Origin: Mustelus asterias
Lineage: Eukaryota
DNA: 64,000 bases
Assembly: GCF_964213995.1 (NCBI RefSeq)
Contig: NC_135808.1
Coordinates: 34,658,001 to 34,722,000 of the forward strand
Direction: 5' to 3'
The position numbers were made by a program, and so were the translations under genes. This document shows positions 1 through 13,710 of the stretch, piece after piece. Below the pieces are notes generated by a model that searched no databases, was not told where the DNA came from, and worked only from the letters and a program-made list of their open reading frames with translations. Every line of letters starts with the position of its first letter. The first letter of the stretch is position 1.

Positions 1-311
1 CACTGTCCAAACCCATGACCACTTCCATCTAGAAGGACAAGGGCAGCAAATAAATGGGAACACCACCATCTGCAAGTTCCCCTCCAAGTCACTCACCATC
101 CTGACTTGGAAATATATCGCCGTTCCTTCGCAGTCGCTGGGTCAAAATCCTGGAATTCCCTCCCGAACAGCATTGTGGGTCAACCCACAGAACATGGACT
201 GCAGCCATTCAAGAAGGCAGCTCACCACCACCTTCTCAAGGGCAACTAGGGATGGGCAGTAAATGCTGGCCAGCCAGTGACACCCATGTCCCACGAAGAA
301 GTAAAAAAAAA
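1..311 (+). mobile_element. 3' end of a non-LTR retroposon with an A-rich tail
   Basis: ORF-end-like segment FKKAAHHHLLKGN-stop, short 3' UTR, A tract at 303-311; family not assigned. Confidence 0.55.
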
Positions 312-600
312 CATCCCGAGTTCGTCTGTCTCGTCATTGCCTCATGGCTGACATCCTCTCCCTTCAGGACCTCTGCAGCTTCATTCCCTTTGACATCCTT
401 CTCATCAAAAGAAATGTGTCACTCCCCCAACTCCTCCTCTGGCAGTTCCTCCCCCTATTGCAGTGCCAGGTTATTCAAGGTGCAGCAGATAGAAACATAG
501 AAACATAGAAAAAATACAGTTTAGAGGGATGTCTAAACAGGCCCTTCGGCCCACAAGTTGCGCCGGTCATGTCCCTATCTACCTAGGCTTATATATAGGC

Positions 601-3506
601 CTACCTATAACCCTCAATCCTATTAACTCCCATGTACTCATCCAGAAGTCTCTTAAAAGACCCGATCGAGTTTGCCTCCACCACCACTGACGGCAGCCGA
701 TTCCACTCACCCACAACCCTCTGAGTGAAAAACTTACCCCTGACATCTCCTCTGTACCTACTCCCCAGCACCTTAAATCTGTGTCCTCTCGTAGCAACCA
801 TTTCAGCCCTGGGAAAAAGCCTCCGAGAATCCACTCGATCTATACCTCTCAACATCTTGTACACCTCTATCAGGTCACCTCTCATCCTTCGTCTCTCCAA
901 GGAGAAAAGACCGAGCTCCCTCAACCTATCCTCATAAGGCATGCTACCCAACCCAGGCAACATCCTTGTAAATCTTCTCTGCACCCTTTCAATAATTTCC
1001 ACATCCCTCCTGTAATGAGGCGACCAGAACTGAGCACAGTACTCTAAGTGGGGTCTGACGAGGGTCTTATATAGCTGCATCATTATCCCCGGACTCCTAA
1101 ACTTAATCCCTCGAATGATGAAAGCCAGCACACCATACGCCTTTTTAACCACCTCCTCTATCTGCAAGGCCGATTTAAGAGTCCTATGGACCCGGACCCC
1201 AAGGTCCTTCTGATCCTCCACACTGCTAAGAGTCTTACCCTTGATATTATACTCCTTCATCCCATTTGACCTGCCAAAATGGACTACTACACATTTATCC
1301 GGGTTGAAGTCCATCTGCCACTTCTCTGCCCAGTCTTGCATCCTATCTATGTCACACTGCAGCTTCTGACATCCCTCTAAACTATCCACAACACCACCAA
1401 CCTTCGTGTCGTCGGCAAACTTACCAACCCATCCCTCCAGTTCCTCATCCAGGTCATTTATAAAAATGACAAACAGCAAGGGTCCCAGAACAGATCCCTG
1501 GGGCACTCCACTGGTGACCGACCTCCATTCAGAAAAAGACCCATCTACAACCACTCTCTGCCTTCTGCAGGCAAGCCAGTTCTGGATCCGCAAGGCAACA
1601 GCCCCTTGGATCCCATGCCCTCTCACTTTCTCGAGAAGTCTTGCATGGGGGACCTTACCGAACACCTTGCTGAAGTCCATGTAAACCACATCTACTGCTT
1701 TTCCTTCGTCAATGTGTTTAGTCACATTATCAAAGAACTCCACCAGGCTCGTAAGGCACAATTTGCCTTTGACAAAGCCTTGCTGACTACTTTTGAGCAT
1801 ACTAAGCTTCTCTAAATGTTCATAAATCCTGTCCCTCAGGATCTTCTCCATCAACTTACCAACCACTGAGGTTAGACTCACCGGTCGATAATTTCCTAGG
1901 CTGTCCCTATTCCCTTTCTTGAATATAGGAACCACATCCGCAATCCTCCAATCCTCCAGAACCTCTCCCATCTCCATGGACGGCGCAAAGATCATCGCCA
2001 GAGGCTCTGCACTCTCTTCCCTCGCCTCCCACAGTAACCTGGGGTACATCCCATCCGGTCCCGGCGACTTATCTATCCTGATGCTATTCAAAATTTCCAT
2101 CACATCCTCTTTCTTACTGTCCACATACTCAATCTTTTCAGTCCACCGCAATCCTGTAGTACAACCACCCAGGTCTTTTTCCACCGTGAATACCGAGGTA
2201 AAATATTCATTAAGCACCTCTGCTATTTCTTCCGGTTCTGTACAGACTTTCTCACCTTCACATTTTATAGGTCCTATTCCTTCACATCTCATCCTTTTAC
2301 TCTTCACATATTTATAGAACACTTTAGGGTTCTCCTTAATCTTACCTGCCAAGGCCTTCTCGTGACCCCTTCTGGCTCTCCTAATTTCCTTCTTAAGTCC
2401 CTTCCTACAAACCGTACACTCATCTAGATCCCTATCATCGCCGAGCTCTCTGAACCTTTTGTACGCTTTCCTTTTCTTTTTGACTAGGTTCAGCACAGCT
2501 TTTGTGCGCCACGGTTCCCGTAACCTACCAAAACCTCCCTGTCTCATCGGAACGTTGTCATGCAGAACTCCAGACAAACATTCCTTGAAAATCTGCCACC
2601 TTACTTCGGTACTTTTCCTCGAGAATACCTCCTTCCAATTTATGCCTCTAATCTCCTGCCTGATGGCCTCATATTTCCCCTTACTCCAGATAAACACTTT
2701 CCCAGCTTGCCTGATCCTATCTCTTTCCAATGCTAGCGTAAAGGAGATAGAGTTATGATCACTATCCCCAAGATGCTCCCCCACTGAGAGATCCGACACC
2801 TGTCCAGGCTCATTAGCCAGTACCAGATCGGGTACAGCCTCTCCTCTTGTAGGCTTATCCACATGCTGTGTCAGGAAACCCTCCTGAACACACCTAACAA
2901 ACTCCTCCCCATCCAAACCCCTTACCCTAGGGATATTCCAATCGATGTTTGGGAAATTAAAGTCTCCCATCACGACAACCCTGTTATTACTACATCTCTC
3001 CAGGATCTGTTTCCCTATCTGCTCCTCAACATCCCTGTTACTATTGGGCGGCCTGTAGAAAACACCCAGCAAAGTTATCGACCCCTTTCCGCTCTGAACT
3101 TCCACCCACAGAGACTCCGTAGACAACCCCTCCACGGCGTCCACCTTCTCTGCAGCTGTGACACTATCCCTGATCAGCAGTGCCACTCGCCCCCTCCTTT
3201 GCCTCCCTCTCTGTCCTTTCTGAAACATCTGAAACCCGGCACCTGAAGTATCCAGTCCTGTCCCTGTCCCCAAGTCTCCGTAATGGCCACCACATCACAC
3301 TTCCAAGCATCGATCCACACTCTAAGCACATCCACTTTATTCACTACACTCCTGGCGTTAAAATAGACACATCTCAAACCTTTAGTCTGAGCTCTCCCCT
3401 TCTCCATCACCCGTCTATTCTCCCTCTTACACTGTCTACAATCCTTCTCTATTTGCGGGCTAACCTCCTCACTCTCAGTCACCTCATCACGATTCCCTCC
3501 CCCCAA
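601..3506 (-). pseudogene. CR1 ORF2 (APE endonuclease and reverse transcriptase), one frameshift near 3270
   Basis: YFNARS and VAITETW in the 3174-3506 frame; [21 protein letters not shown] and FADD in the 601-3273 frame. Confidence 0.92.
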
Positions 3507-3511
3507 CCATT

Positions 3512-4443
3512 CTAGTTTAAAGTCTCCCCAGTAGCCTTAGCCAACCTTCCTGCCAGGATATTGGTCCCCCTGGGATTCAAGTGCCACCCGTCTTTTTCAT
3601 ACAGGTCACACCTGCCCCTAAAGAGGTCCCAATGATCCAGGAACCTGAATCCCTGCCCCCTGCTCCAGTCCCTCAGCCACACATTCATCCTCCACCTCAC
3701 TCCATTCCTGCTCTCACTTTCCCGTGGCACAGGCAGTAATCCCGAGATTACTACCTTTGCATTCCTCCTTCCCAACTGTCTACCTAACTCCCTATATTCC
3801 CTTTTCATGATCCCTTCCCTCTTCCTACCTATGTCAGCGGTACCAATATGTACCACGACCTCTGGCTCCTCTCCCTCCCACCTCAGGATATCTGGGACAC
3901 GATCAGAGACATCCCGGATCCCGGCACCACGGGAGGCAGACCACCATCCGAGACTCCCGTCTGCCTCCGCAAAAACGCCTGTCCGACCCCCTTACTGTTG
4001 AGTCCTCGATTAACACTGCCTTCCTCCTCCTTTCCTTAGCCCTCTGAGTTACAGGGCTGGTCTCTGCTCCAGAGACACAGCCACTGCTGCTTCCCCCAGG
4101 TGGGCTGTCCCCCCCAGCAGTACTCAGACAGGAGTACTTATTGTGAAGGGGCACATCCACCGGGGTGCTCTCTATCACCCGAGCTTTCCCCTTCCTGGAC
4201 GTTACCCACTTGTCTGCCTGCCGTGGCCCTGGTGTGACCACCTGCTGATAGCTCCTGTCTATCACCTCCTCATTTTCCCTAACCAGACGAAGATCCTCGA
4301 GCTGCAGTTCCAGTTCTCTAACACGGTCCCTTAGGAACCGCAGCGCGACACACCCATCACAGATATGGACGTCTGGGAGGCCAGGAGCCTCCAGGACCTC
4401 CCACATCCTACATTGGGAACAACAGACTGGCCTCACACTCATA
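3512..4443 (-). pseudogene. CR1 ORF1 (Zn-finger/leucine zipper and SGNH/GDSL esterase), frameshifted
   Basis: CSQC..HICDGC; zipper LRDRVRELELQLEDL; VLIEDS(GDS-like); VHIGT; DGWHLN. Confidence 0.85.
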
Positions 4444-6121
4444 ATTTCCCTTTTTATTTCAAGGAACACAGAGAAATGTACTTAAGAATTAAACTTACCC
4501 CGCTTCGTCCTTTCCGCCTAAGCCCTTAGAGCCAAAGCCCTCACAGCTCTCACTCTGCGCCCTTCTCACTCTGCTGCCCGCTCTCAATGCTGCCCGCTGG
4601 ATACTGCGGCTTGCTTTTTAAACCTCCCTGCGCTTAAAAAAATACTAAATGCCTTCCCAGGTCGCCCCGCGGGCGGCCTACTTCCGCTTTTCAAATTTAA
4701 ACTACTACCACAAGAAAACCCGCAGAAAAGTAAGTAGGAATAATAAATTTCTTACCCCTTTAGCTGAACTCACAAATCGCTCCTCTCTTCTTTGCTCTGG
4801 TCGAACAAAGATGACCACAATGTATGACACCCTTTGTGGATTGTATTGCAGGGCTCCACCAGGCCGGTCTCAGCACCAGAACCTCATCTTCAGCATCCCG
4901 TGGTCTCCACCAAGGAGTGAGTTGCAGCAAGAGCCTGATTGTATCTGGTCTCAGCTGCACTCTGTGGCATCATCAATCACCTCCTCAGTGGGTATCCCTT
5001 ATTGCCGATGAGCCAACCTGTAGATGCTGTCGACCCTCAAACATGTCAGGGATTTGAGAGCAACTCAGAATATAGGAGTCATGAGCACTCACTGGGAATT
5101 GAGGAAACACCTGGAGGATCTGCTTAATGTGGTCACAGACCAGCTGAATATTCAGTGAGTGGAGGCCCTTGTGGTTCGTATAGTCCACTGCCGAATGCCC
5201 TGGAGATCTCAGTGCAGTTGGCGGCACCCTGCACCTGTGGAAAGCCAGACATATGTGCAAAATCTATCGCCCTGGCATGTCTGATCCCGCTTGAAGTGGA
5301 CAAGGTTGTGTGTCCTCGTCCGTCACCCCCCCGAATACACTTGTATGCGGAAACTTGCAAAATCCTACAGGGGTCATGTGTGGAGCCCTGAGCAACTGGC
5401 TACAGCTTTGACCGCTCCATTGTATCCTGAGCTCATATCTCAAGCGCAGGCATTATCCCAAACTTCACTCCAAAGCCTGCACTCAACCTGGAACATGGGG
5501 AAGAGTGGGGGTGGGGGGGATGGGGGGGATGGGGGGATGGGTGGATGGTGGGGATGGTGGGGGTGGGGGGGTGGCAGTTGTCACTACACACCTCAGCACA
5601 CAGCACAAGTTTAGGAGCAGTCTCCTCAAGCCATTGCCAACACTCTAAGGGAATGTAGTTGCTTGCTCATTCGGCAATGATACAGGCACACCATGGCAGT
5701 CAGCGATTTTGGAAACCAGTGCATCAAGAGTTAATTGCTAAGTGGCAATTGCTGGTACTGCCACACATACTGAGTGGGCAAAAATTGCATTAGTAGTTGG
5801 ACTCCAGGCATGTCAACTGAGTTATAGTTGAACGATCTTAGTTGCAGCAAGGTGATTATTATTGACATGTCTTTCCATGAGACTTGCCCTTGTCAATAAT
5901 CTGACTCCAGAGGCCATCCCCAATTTGAGTAGAACCATCAGTCAGTGATAATTACCCACCCACCACATTGCTCCAAGCTTCCTTTCCCTCTGTGAGGCCC
6001 TTCCAAGAAACCTGTGGGCCAGCAGCAGAAGGCAACCTCAGGAACAGTGCTTTTCACACATGGCAGTCTTCCCATTTTACCCCAAGTTACCCCCCTCCCA
6101 GAATCCTAGTCTCCCTTGAGT

Positions 6122-6317
6122 CATGATGTGGAGATGCTGGCGTTGGACTGGGGTAAACACAGTAAGGAGTCTAACAACACCAAACAGGGCACGTAAAGAT
6201 TTGCTGTTTATGAGCAGATCTCCCACTCACCTGACGAAGAAGCAGCGCTCCGAAAGCTAGTGGCATTTGCTACCAAATAAACCTGTTGGACTTTAACCTG
6301 GTGTTGTTAGACTCCCT
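6122..6317. mobile_element. Short Penelope-derived terminal repeat in inverted arrangement, with a hammerhead-like motif at 6228-6262 (+)
   Basis: Matches the 3' terminus of the Penelope at 15660-15792; CAC-CTGACGA-stem-GAAA-GCTA-GTG. Confidence 0.7.
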
Positions 6318-6731
6318 TGAGTCGACATATTACATCATTGTATCATAATGATGTACCTGATGTTGAATGGTGGGGAACACGGCCTGCCACTGACGGGTGG
6401 CAGGAAACATGGCCTGCACAAAGTAAAATGCGACTTTGGCCTTCTCGCAATATTTTCCACTCCTGTTGCCAAACCCACCTGACGCTGACAGGAGCAGAAA
6501 ATCCCGGCCTCAGTCTCTGCGTACCCATATCATCTTATTGTATCAGCCCAAACTGAAGGTGAATCCTACACCTCGGTCTTTGGCCAGCTGAACTGAAAAG
6601 CCATGTGACAGAATCCCTCAATGGGCTCTGACATCTGATTCTTGTGAACTATTATTCATTTCTGTAGCCTCTTGTACTGTAAAACTCCTTTACTCTATTT
6701 CCCTCACACTTACCCCCGCCTTTACTGACTC

Positions 6732-6756
6732 TGTGTGTGTGTGTGTGTGTGTGTGT
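6732..6756 (+). repeat. (TG)n microsatellite
   Basis: About 12 TG units. Confidence 0.9.
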
Positions 6757-8099
6757 CGGAAGTGGGATATTGCTAACATTCCTTCCCTGCATTTTGAATG
6801 TGAAACATAAACTAACCTTCTAAATTAATGCTAACTCGAGTTTGCTGTTAATAATCAGTAAAATTGGATTGCAAAATCTGAGGGGAAATTGAGAAAACAC
6901 CGCAGATTTTAAAAAAAAACTAATTGAAAACACCTTCTGCCTACGGACAGGTGTGAAGAGGAAATCGGTGCAGTTTTACTGATTCTCGCCTGTCTGTAAA
7001 AGTAGTCTTAAAAAACTGGATTAAGGAAAAGACAGATTCATCCTTCCCTCAATCTGTGAATAGTGACTTTAACAATCTGACTGGAAGTCATGTTTTGTTT
7101 TATAATGTCCCTGTGAAGCACTTTTGCCAATTATAACATAACAAAATGGCCAATTGAAATCTAATTTGTTGTTGTAGTTTTGTTTCCTTGAAAGCATTGC
7201 TGCCTGTTTACTATTCTATGCTTTTATTTCTGTTATCCATTTAATCTAACTTAATTAGCCATATTACTAATAGCCCTTTTTCAAAGTGTCCTGCTTTTCC
7301 TACAATCCCCTCTTTCCTGAGGTTATTTTCACTCTTAAGGTTTAAAAGTCTCTTAGATTATCAGAAAGGTAAACACAACATAAATGTGTGTCAATATTCT
7401 TGAAATTACAGGTCACAGTATTCTAACCGATATATTTTCCAGTTAAACGCTTATCCCAATATCAATATGCTGAACAAACAATAAATCCCAGCTGGAAGAA
7501 TTCTCTTCAGACTGCTGTTGCAGTGCAAAACTCTTCCTTGTACCTCAATAATTAGGTCTCACCACAATATTATCTTCCAACTCTACATAATTGGTGCCTT
7601 CAGTTGAGTTTATATTATTAAAAAGCGGTAATGTAGGCACGTGTTGAATGGTGAAGAAGCAGATGCACCAGTAATAGTCAAAGGAAATGAGATAATCATT
7701 TGGAGGGAAAATATTTACTGGAGCCGGGATGTACAACTAACTGAATAGCTCTATCAAAGACACAGCACAGACACAATGGGCTGAACAACCTTCTTCTGTG
7801 CTGTATCATTCTCGTGTTGTGGGAGGGGGGATCCTTCATGAACATATGTAAGAATAAGAGGTATAATTTTAAACTTTTATGTGAAGCAATATCTGGACCA
7901 ACAGAGGTGCAGATGTTGTGAATTACCTGAAGAATGCCTGGGGCCATCGCTGAAGTTCGGGATGGAATCCACCAGCAATCTTAGAACCCAGAACTCAACA
8001 ACAGTGGGTGGGAGGAAATATTTATCAGGTGGAACTTCCAGCTTCTACCATTGAGGAGGTCCATCTTCTTCAATGGTGGGTCAGCTGCCTTTTAAATAT

Positions 8100-8375
8100 G
8101 GCACCTGGGTGGCCTCACAGAACCAGGGACCCATGTTCAATTCCCAGCTTGGGTCACTGTCTGTGTGAAGTCTGCACGTTCTCCACGTGTCTGTGTGAAT
8201 TTCCTCCGGGTGCCCTGGTTTCCTCCCACAGTCCAAAGATTCAATGGTTAGGTGGATTAGCCATGGGAAATGGGGTTACGGGGTAGAGGGCTGGGTAAGA
8301 TACTCTAACGGAGAGTCAGTGCAGACCCACCATTGAAGAAGATGGACCTCCTCAATGGCAGGCCTCCTTCTGCCT
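8100..8375 (+). mobile_element. HE1-like V-SINE (degenerate)
   Basis: GGGTCACTGTCTGTGTG..TCCGGGTGC..TTTCCTCCCACAGTCCAAAGA core shared with other copies in the window. Confidence 0.75.
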
Positions 8376-9336
8376 GTATGATAATGGTGCGACCTGCTCC
8401 ATGTCCTCCACAGAATATCAAATATTGTCATCAAACCAGCAGACAAAGGAGGGGCCACCGTCATACTGAACCAAACAGATTACTGCAAAGAAGTGTACCG
8501 ACAACTGAACAACCAGGAACACTACAGACAGTTACCCACAGATCCGGCAAAAGAACATACGTGCCAACTCAGACTGATCAAGACAATTGATCCGGACCTT
8601 CAGAGCACCCTCCGTGCTCTCATCCCATGTACTCCCCACGTTGGAGATCTCTACTGCCACCCGAAGATACACAAGGCAAACACACCCGGCCATCCCACCG
8701 TATCGGGCAATGGGACCCTGTGTGAGAACCTCTCCGGCTATGTCAAGGGCATCCTGAAACCCATCGTACAAAGAACCCCCAGCTTCTGTTGCGACACTAT
8801 GGACTTCTTACAGAAACTCAGCGCACATGGAGCAGTTCAAACAGGAACACTCCTCGTCACAATGGATGTCTCGGCACTCTACACCAGCATCCCCCACGAT
8901 GACGGCATTGCTGCAACTGCCTCACTACTCAACACCAACAACTGCCAATCACCAGATGCAATTCTACAACTCATCCACTTCATCCTGGACCACAATGTCT
9001 TCACCTTCAACAACCAGTTCTTCATCCAGACACACGGAACAGCCATGGGGACCAATTCACACCTCAATATGCCAACATCTTCATGCACAAGTTCAAACAA
9101 GACCTCTTCACCGCACAGGACCTTCGACCGACGCTATACACCAGATACATCGATGACATTTTCTTCTGTTGGACTCACGGTGAAGAATCACAGAAACAAC
9201 CACGTGATGACATCAACATTTTCCAACTCACCATCATACTCACCATGATGAGTATGATCGGTTGCATTCTTGAACACGCATCTCCATCAAGGACGGTCAC
9301 CTCAGCACTTCACTGTACCGGAAGTCCACGGATAAC

Positions 9337-12300
9337 ATAGAACATAGAACAGTACAGCACAGAACAGGCCCTTCGGCCCACGATGTTGTGCCGAGCTTTA
9401 TCTGAAACCAAGATCAAGCTATCCCACTCCCTATCATCCTGGTGTGCTCCATGTGCCTATCCAATAACCGCTTAAATGTTCCTAAAGTGTCGTGACTCCA
9501 CTATCACTGCAGGCAGTCCATTCCACACCCCAACCACTCTCTGCGTAAAGAACCTATCTCTGATATCCTTCCTGTATCTCCCACCACGAACCCTATAGTT
9601 ATGCCCCCTTGTAATAGCTCCATCCACCCGAGGAAATAGTCTTTGAACATTCACTCTATCTATCCCCTTCATCATTTTATAAACCTCTATTAAGTCTCCC
9701 CTCAGCCTCCTCCGCTCCAGAGAGAACAGCCCTAGCTCCCTCAACCTTTCCTCATAAGACCTACCCTCCAAACCAGGCAGCATCCTGGTAAATCTCCTCT
9801 GCACTCTTTCCAGCGCTTCCACATCCTTCTTATAGTGAGGTGACCAGAACTGCACACAATATTCCAAATGTGGTCTCACCAAGGTCCTGTACAGTTGCAG
9901 CATAACCCCACGGCTCTTAAACTCCAACCCCCTGTTAATAAAAGCTAACACACTATAGGCCTTCTTCACAGCTCTATGCATTTGAGTGGCAACCTTCAGA
10001 GATCTATGGATATGAACCCCAAGATCTCTCTGTTCCTCCACATTCTTCAGAACCCTACCTTTGACCCTGTAATTCACATTTAAATTAGTCCTACCAAAAT
10101 GAATCACCTCACATTTATCAGGGTTAAACTCCATTTGCCATTTTTCAGCCCAGCTTTGCATCCTATCTATGTCTCTTTGCAGCCTACAACAGCCCTCCAC
10201 CTCATCCACTACTCCACCTATCTTGGTGTCATCAGCAAATTTACTGATCCACCCTTCAGCCCCCTCCTCTAAGTCATTAATAAAAATCACAAAGAGCAGA
10301 GGACCAAGCACTGATCCCTGCGGCACTCCGCTAGCAACCTGCCTCCAATCTGAATATTTTCCATCCACCACCACCCTCTGTCTTCGATCAGACAGCCAGT
10401 TACCTATCCAATCGGCCAACTTTCCCTCTATCCCACACCTCCTCACTTTCATCATAAGCCGACCATGGGGGACCCTATCAAACGCCTTACTAAAATCCAT
10501 GTATATGACATCAACTGCCCTACCTTCATCAACACACTTTGTTACCTCCTCAAAAAATTCTATCAAATTTGTGAGGCACGACTTTCCCTTCACAAATCCG
10601 TGCTGACTATCCCGGATTAATCCGCATCTTTCTAAATGGTCGTAAATCCCATCTCTAAGGACCTTTACAATCAATTTACCAACCACCGAAGTGAGACTAA
10701 CCGGTCTATAATTACCAGGGTCATTTCTATTCCCTTTCTTAAACAGAGGAACAACATTCGCTATTCTCCAGTCCTCTGGCACCATCCCCGTGGACAGCGA
10801 GGACCCAAAGATAAAAGCCAAAGGCTCTGCAATCTCATCCCTTGCCTCCCAAAGAATCCTAGGATACATTTCATCAGGCCCAGGGGACTTATCGACCTTC
10901 AGTTTATTCAAAACTGCCAGGACATCCTCCCTCCGAACATCTATTTCCTCCAGCCTATTAGCCTGTAACACCTTCTCTTCCTCAAAAACATGGCCCCTCT
11001 CCTTGGTGAACACTGAAGAAAAGTATTCATTCATCACCTCGCCTATCTCTCCTGACTCCATACACAAGTTCCCACTACTGTCTTTGACCGGCCCTAACCT
11101 CACCCTGGTCATTCTTTTATTCCTCACATAAGAGTAAAAAGCCTTGGGGTTTTCCTTGATCTGACCCGCCAAGGACTTCTCGTGTCCCCTCCTAGCTCTC
11201 TTAAGCCCCTTTTTCAGCTCATTCCTTGCTAACTTGTAACCCTCAATCGAGCCATCTGAACCTTGTTTCCTCATCACTACATAAGCTTCCCTCTTCCTTT
11301 TCACAAGACATTCCACCTCTTTCGTGAACCATGGTTCCCTCACTCGGCCATTTCCTCCCTGCCTGACAGGGACATACCTATCAAGGACACACAGTATTTG
11401 TTCCTTGAAAAGGTTCCACTTTTCATTAGTTCCTTTCTCTGACAGTTTCTGTTCCCATCTTATGCCCCCTAATTCTTGCCTAATCACATCATAATTACCT
11501 CTCCCCCAATTGTAAACCTTGCCCTGCCGTACGGCCCTATCCCTCTCCATTGCAATAACAAAAGACACCGAATTGTGGTCACTATCTCCAAAGTGCTCTC
11601 CCACAACCAAATCTAACACTTGGCCCAGTTCATTTACCAGTACCAAATCCAATGTGGCCTCACCTCTTGTCGGCCTATCCACATATTGTGTCAGGAAACC
11701 CTCCTGCACACACTGCACATAAACTGCCCCATCCGAACTATTTGACCTACAAAGGTTCCAATCAATATTTGGAAAGTTAAAGTCCCCCATGACAACTAAC
11801 CTGTGACCCCCACACATATCCATAATCTGCTTAGCAATTTCTTCCTCCACATCTCTATTATTATTTGGGGGCCTATAGTAAACTCCTAACAACGTGACCG
11901 CTCCTTTCCTATTTCTAACCTCAGCCCATATTACCTCAGTGTGCAGATCCCCCTCGAAGTGCCTTTCCACAGCCGTTAAACTATCCTTGATTAACAATGC
12001 TACTCCTCCACCTCTTTTACCAGCTTCCCTACACTTAGTGAAACATCTATACCCCAAAACGTCCAACACCATTCCTGTCCTTGTTCTACCCACGTCTCCG
12101 TAATGGCCACAACATCGTAGTCCCAAGTACCAATCCACGCCCCAAGTTCATCTACCTTGTTTCGGATGCTCCTTGCATTGAAGTAGACACACTTCAACCC
12201 ACCTTCCTGTCTACCGGTACCCACCCTTGACCCTGATACCTTCCCCAATACCTCACCACCCTCACTGACTTCTGGACTACAACTCCTTTTCCCACTCCCC

Positions 12301-13710
12301 TGACAAATTAGTTTAAACCCCCCTGAAGAGCCGTAACAAATTTCCCTCCCAGGATATATATGGACTTCAGCAAGGCGTTCGATAAGGTCCCCCATGCAAG
12401 ACTTCTTGAGAAAGTGAGAGGGCATGGGATCCAAGGGGCTGTTGCCTTGTGGATCCAGAACTGGCTTGCCTGCAGAAGGCAGAGAGTGGCTGTGGAGGGG
12501 TCTTTCTCTGCATGGCGGTCAGTGACCAGTGGAGTGCCCCAGGGATCTGTTCTGGGACCCTTGCTGTTTGTCATTTTCATAAATGACCTGGATGAGGAAG
12601 TGGAGGGATGGGTTGGTAAGTTTGCTGACGACACCAAGGTAGGTGGTGTTGTGGATAGTTTGGAGGGATGTCAGAAGTTGCAGCGAGACATAGATAGAAT
12701 GCAAGACTGGGCGGAGAAGTGGCAGATGGACTTCAACCCGGATAAGTGTGTGGTGATCCATTTTGGCAGATCCAATGGGATGAAGCAGCAATATAATATG
12801 AAGGGTACCATTCTTAGCAGTGTAGAGGATCAGAAGGACCTTGGGGTCCGGGTCCATAGGACTCTTAAATCGGCCTCGCAGGTGGAGGATGCGGTCAAGA
12901 AGGCGTACGGCGTACTGGCCTTCATTAATCGAGGGATTGAGTTTAGGAGTCGGGAGATAATGCTGCAGCTTTATAGGACCCTGGTTAGACCCCACTTGGA
13001 GTACTGCGCGCAGTTCTGGTCACCTCATTACAGGAAAGATGTTGAAGCCATTGAAAGGGTGCAGAGGAGATTTACAAGGATGTTGCCTGGATTGGGGGGC
13101 ATGCCTTATGAGGATAGGTTGAGGGAGCTTGGTCTCTTCTCCCTGGAGAGACGAAGGATGAGAGGTGACCTGATAGAGGTTTACAAGATGTTGAGAGGTC
13201 TGGATAGGGTAGACTCTCAGAGGCTATTTCCAAGGGCTGAAATGGTTGCTACGAGAGGACACAGGTTTAAGGTGCTGGGGGGTAGGTACAGAGGAGATGT
13301 CAGGGGTAAGTTTTTCACTCAGAGGGTGGTGGGTGAGTGGAATCGGCTGACGTCGGTGGTGGTGGAGGCAAACTCGTTGGGGTCTTTTAAGAGACTTCTG
13401 GATGAGTACATGGGATTTAATGGGATTGAGGGCTATAGATAGGCCTAGAGGTGGGGATGTGATCGGCGCAACCTGTGGGCCGAAGGGCCTGTTTGTGCTG
13501 TGGCTTTCTATGTTCTATGTTCTATGTTCTATGATATTGGTGCCCCTCTGGTTCAGGTGCACCCCGTCCTGTTTGTACAGGTCCCACCTTCCCCAGAATG
13601 TGTTCCAATTATCCACGTATCTGAAACCCTCCCTCCTACACCATCCCTGCAACCACATGTTTAACTGCACTCTCTCCCTGTTCCTCAACTCGCTATCACT
13701 CGCTATCGCT
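9337..13710 (-). mobile_element. CR1 LINE, subfamily B, 5'-truncated in ORF1, inserted in the Penelope
   Basis: 888-aa ORF2 frame at 9472-12138; ORF1 end [12 protein letters not shown]; ATAAC duplicated at 9332-9336 and 13711-13715. Confidence 0.92.
12358..13532 (+). mobile_element. 5'-truncated CR1 subfamily A nested in the subfamily B copy
   Basis: Open 360-aa RT C-terminus at 12360-13442, near-identical to the 601-3273 protein; (TTCTATG)n tail; GATAT duplicated at 12353-12357 and 13533-13537. Confidence 0.92.

Larger units (their letters stand above)
491..4808 (-). mobile_element. Full-length CR1-clade LINE (HER1-like), subfamily A
   Basis: Microsatellite 3' tail (reads AGAAACAT repeats on +); ORF2 with APE and RT; ORF1; 5' UTR; AGAT duplicated at 487-490 and 4809-4812, and removing the element restores the Harbinger frame (IVVI|CCTL). 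Confidence 0.92.
312..5490 (-). mobile_element. Degenerate PIF/Harbinger (HARBI1-like) transposase, split by a CR1 insertion (parts 312-490 and 4809-~5490)
   Basis: Minus-strand fragments GFPQVQGAANCT, NHKGLHSLNIQLVCDH, SAHDSYIL and GMLKMRF..GGALQYNPQRVSYIVVI, continuing as CCTLNNLALQ on the other side of the CR1. Confidence 0.8.

Noticed and set aside
601-3273. 890-aa and 888-aa (9472-12138) ORFs as host genes or a novel RT system
   Set aside because: Standard CR1 ORF2 with frameshifted N-termini, CR1 tails and TSDs.
4809-5490. Domesticated HARBI1 host gene
   Set aside because: Stops, frameshifts, a deletion and a CR1 insertion mark it as a dead transposon copy.
5497-5575. G-rich tract as a functional G-quadruplex; also poly-G at 25650-25672
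   Set aside because: Low-complexity sequence in or beside TE debris, with no supporting context.
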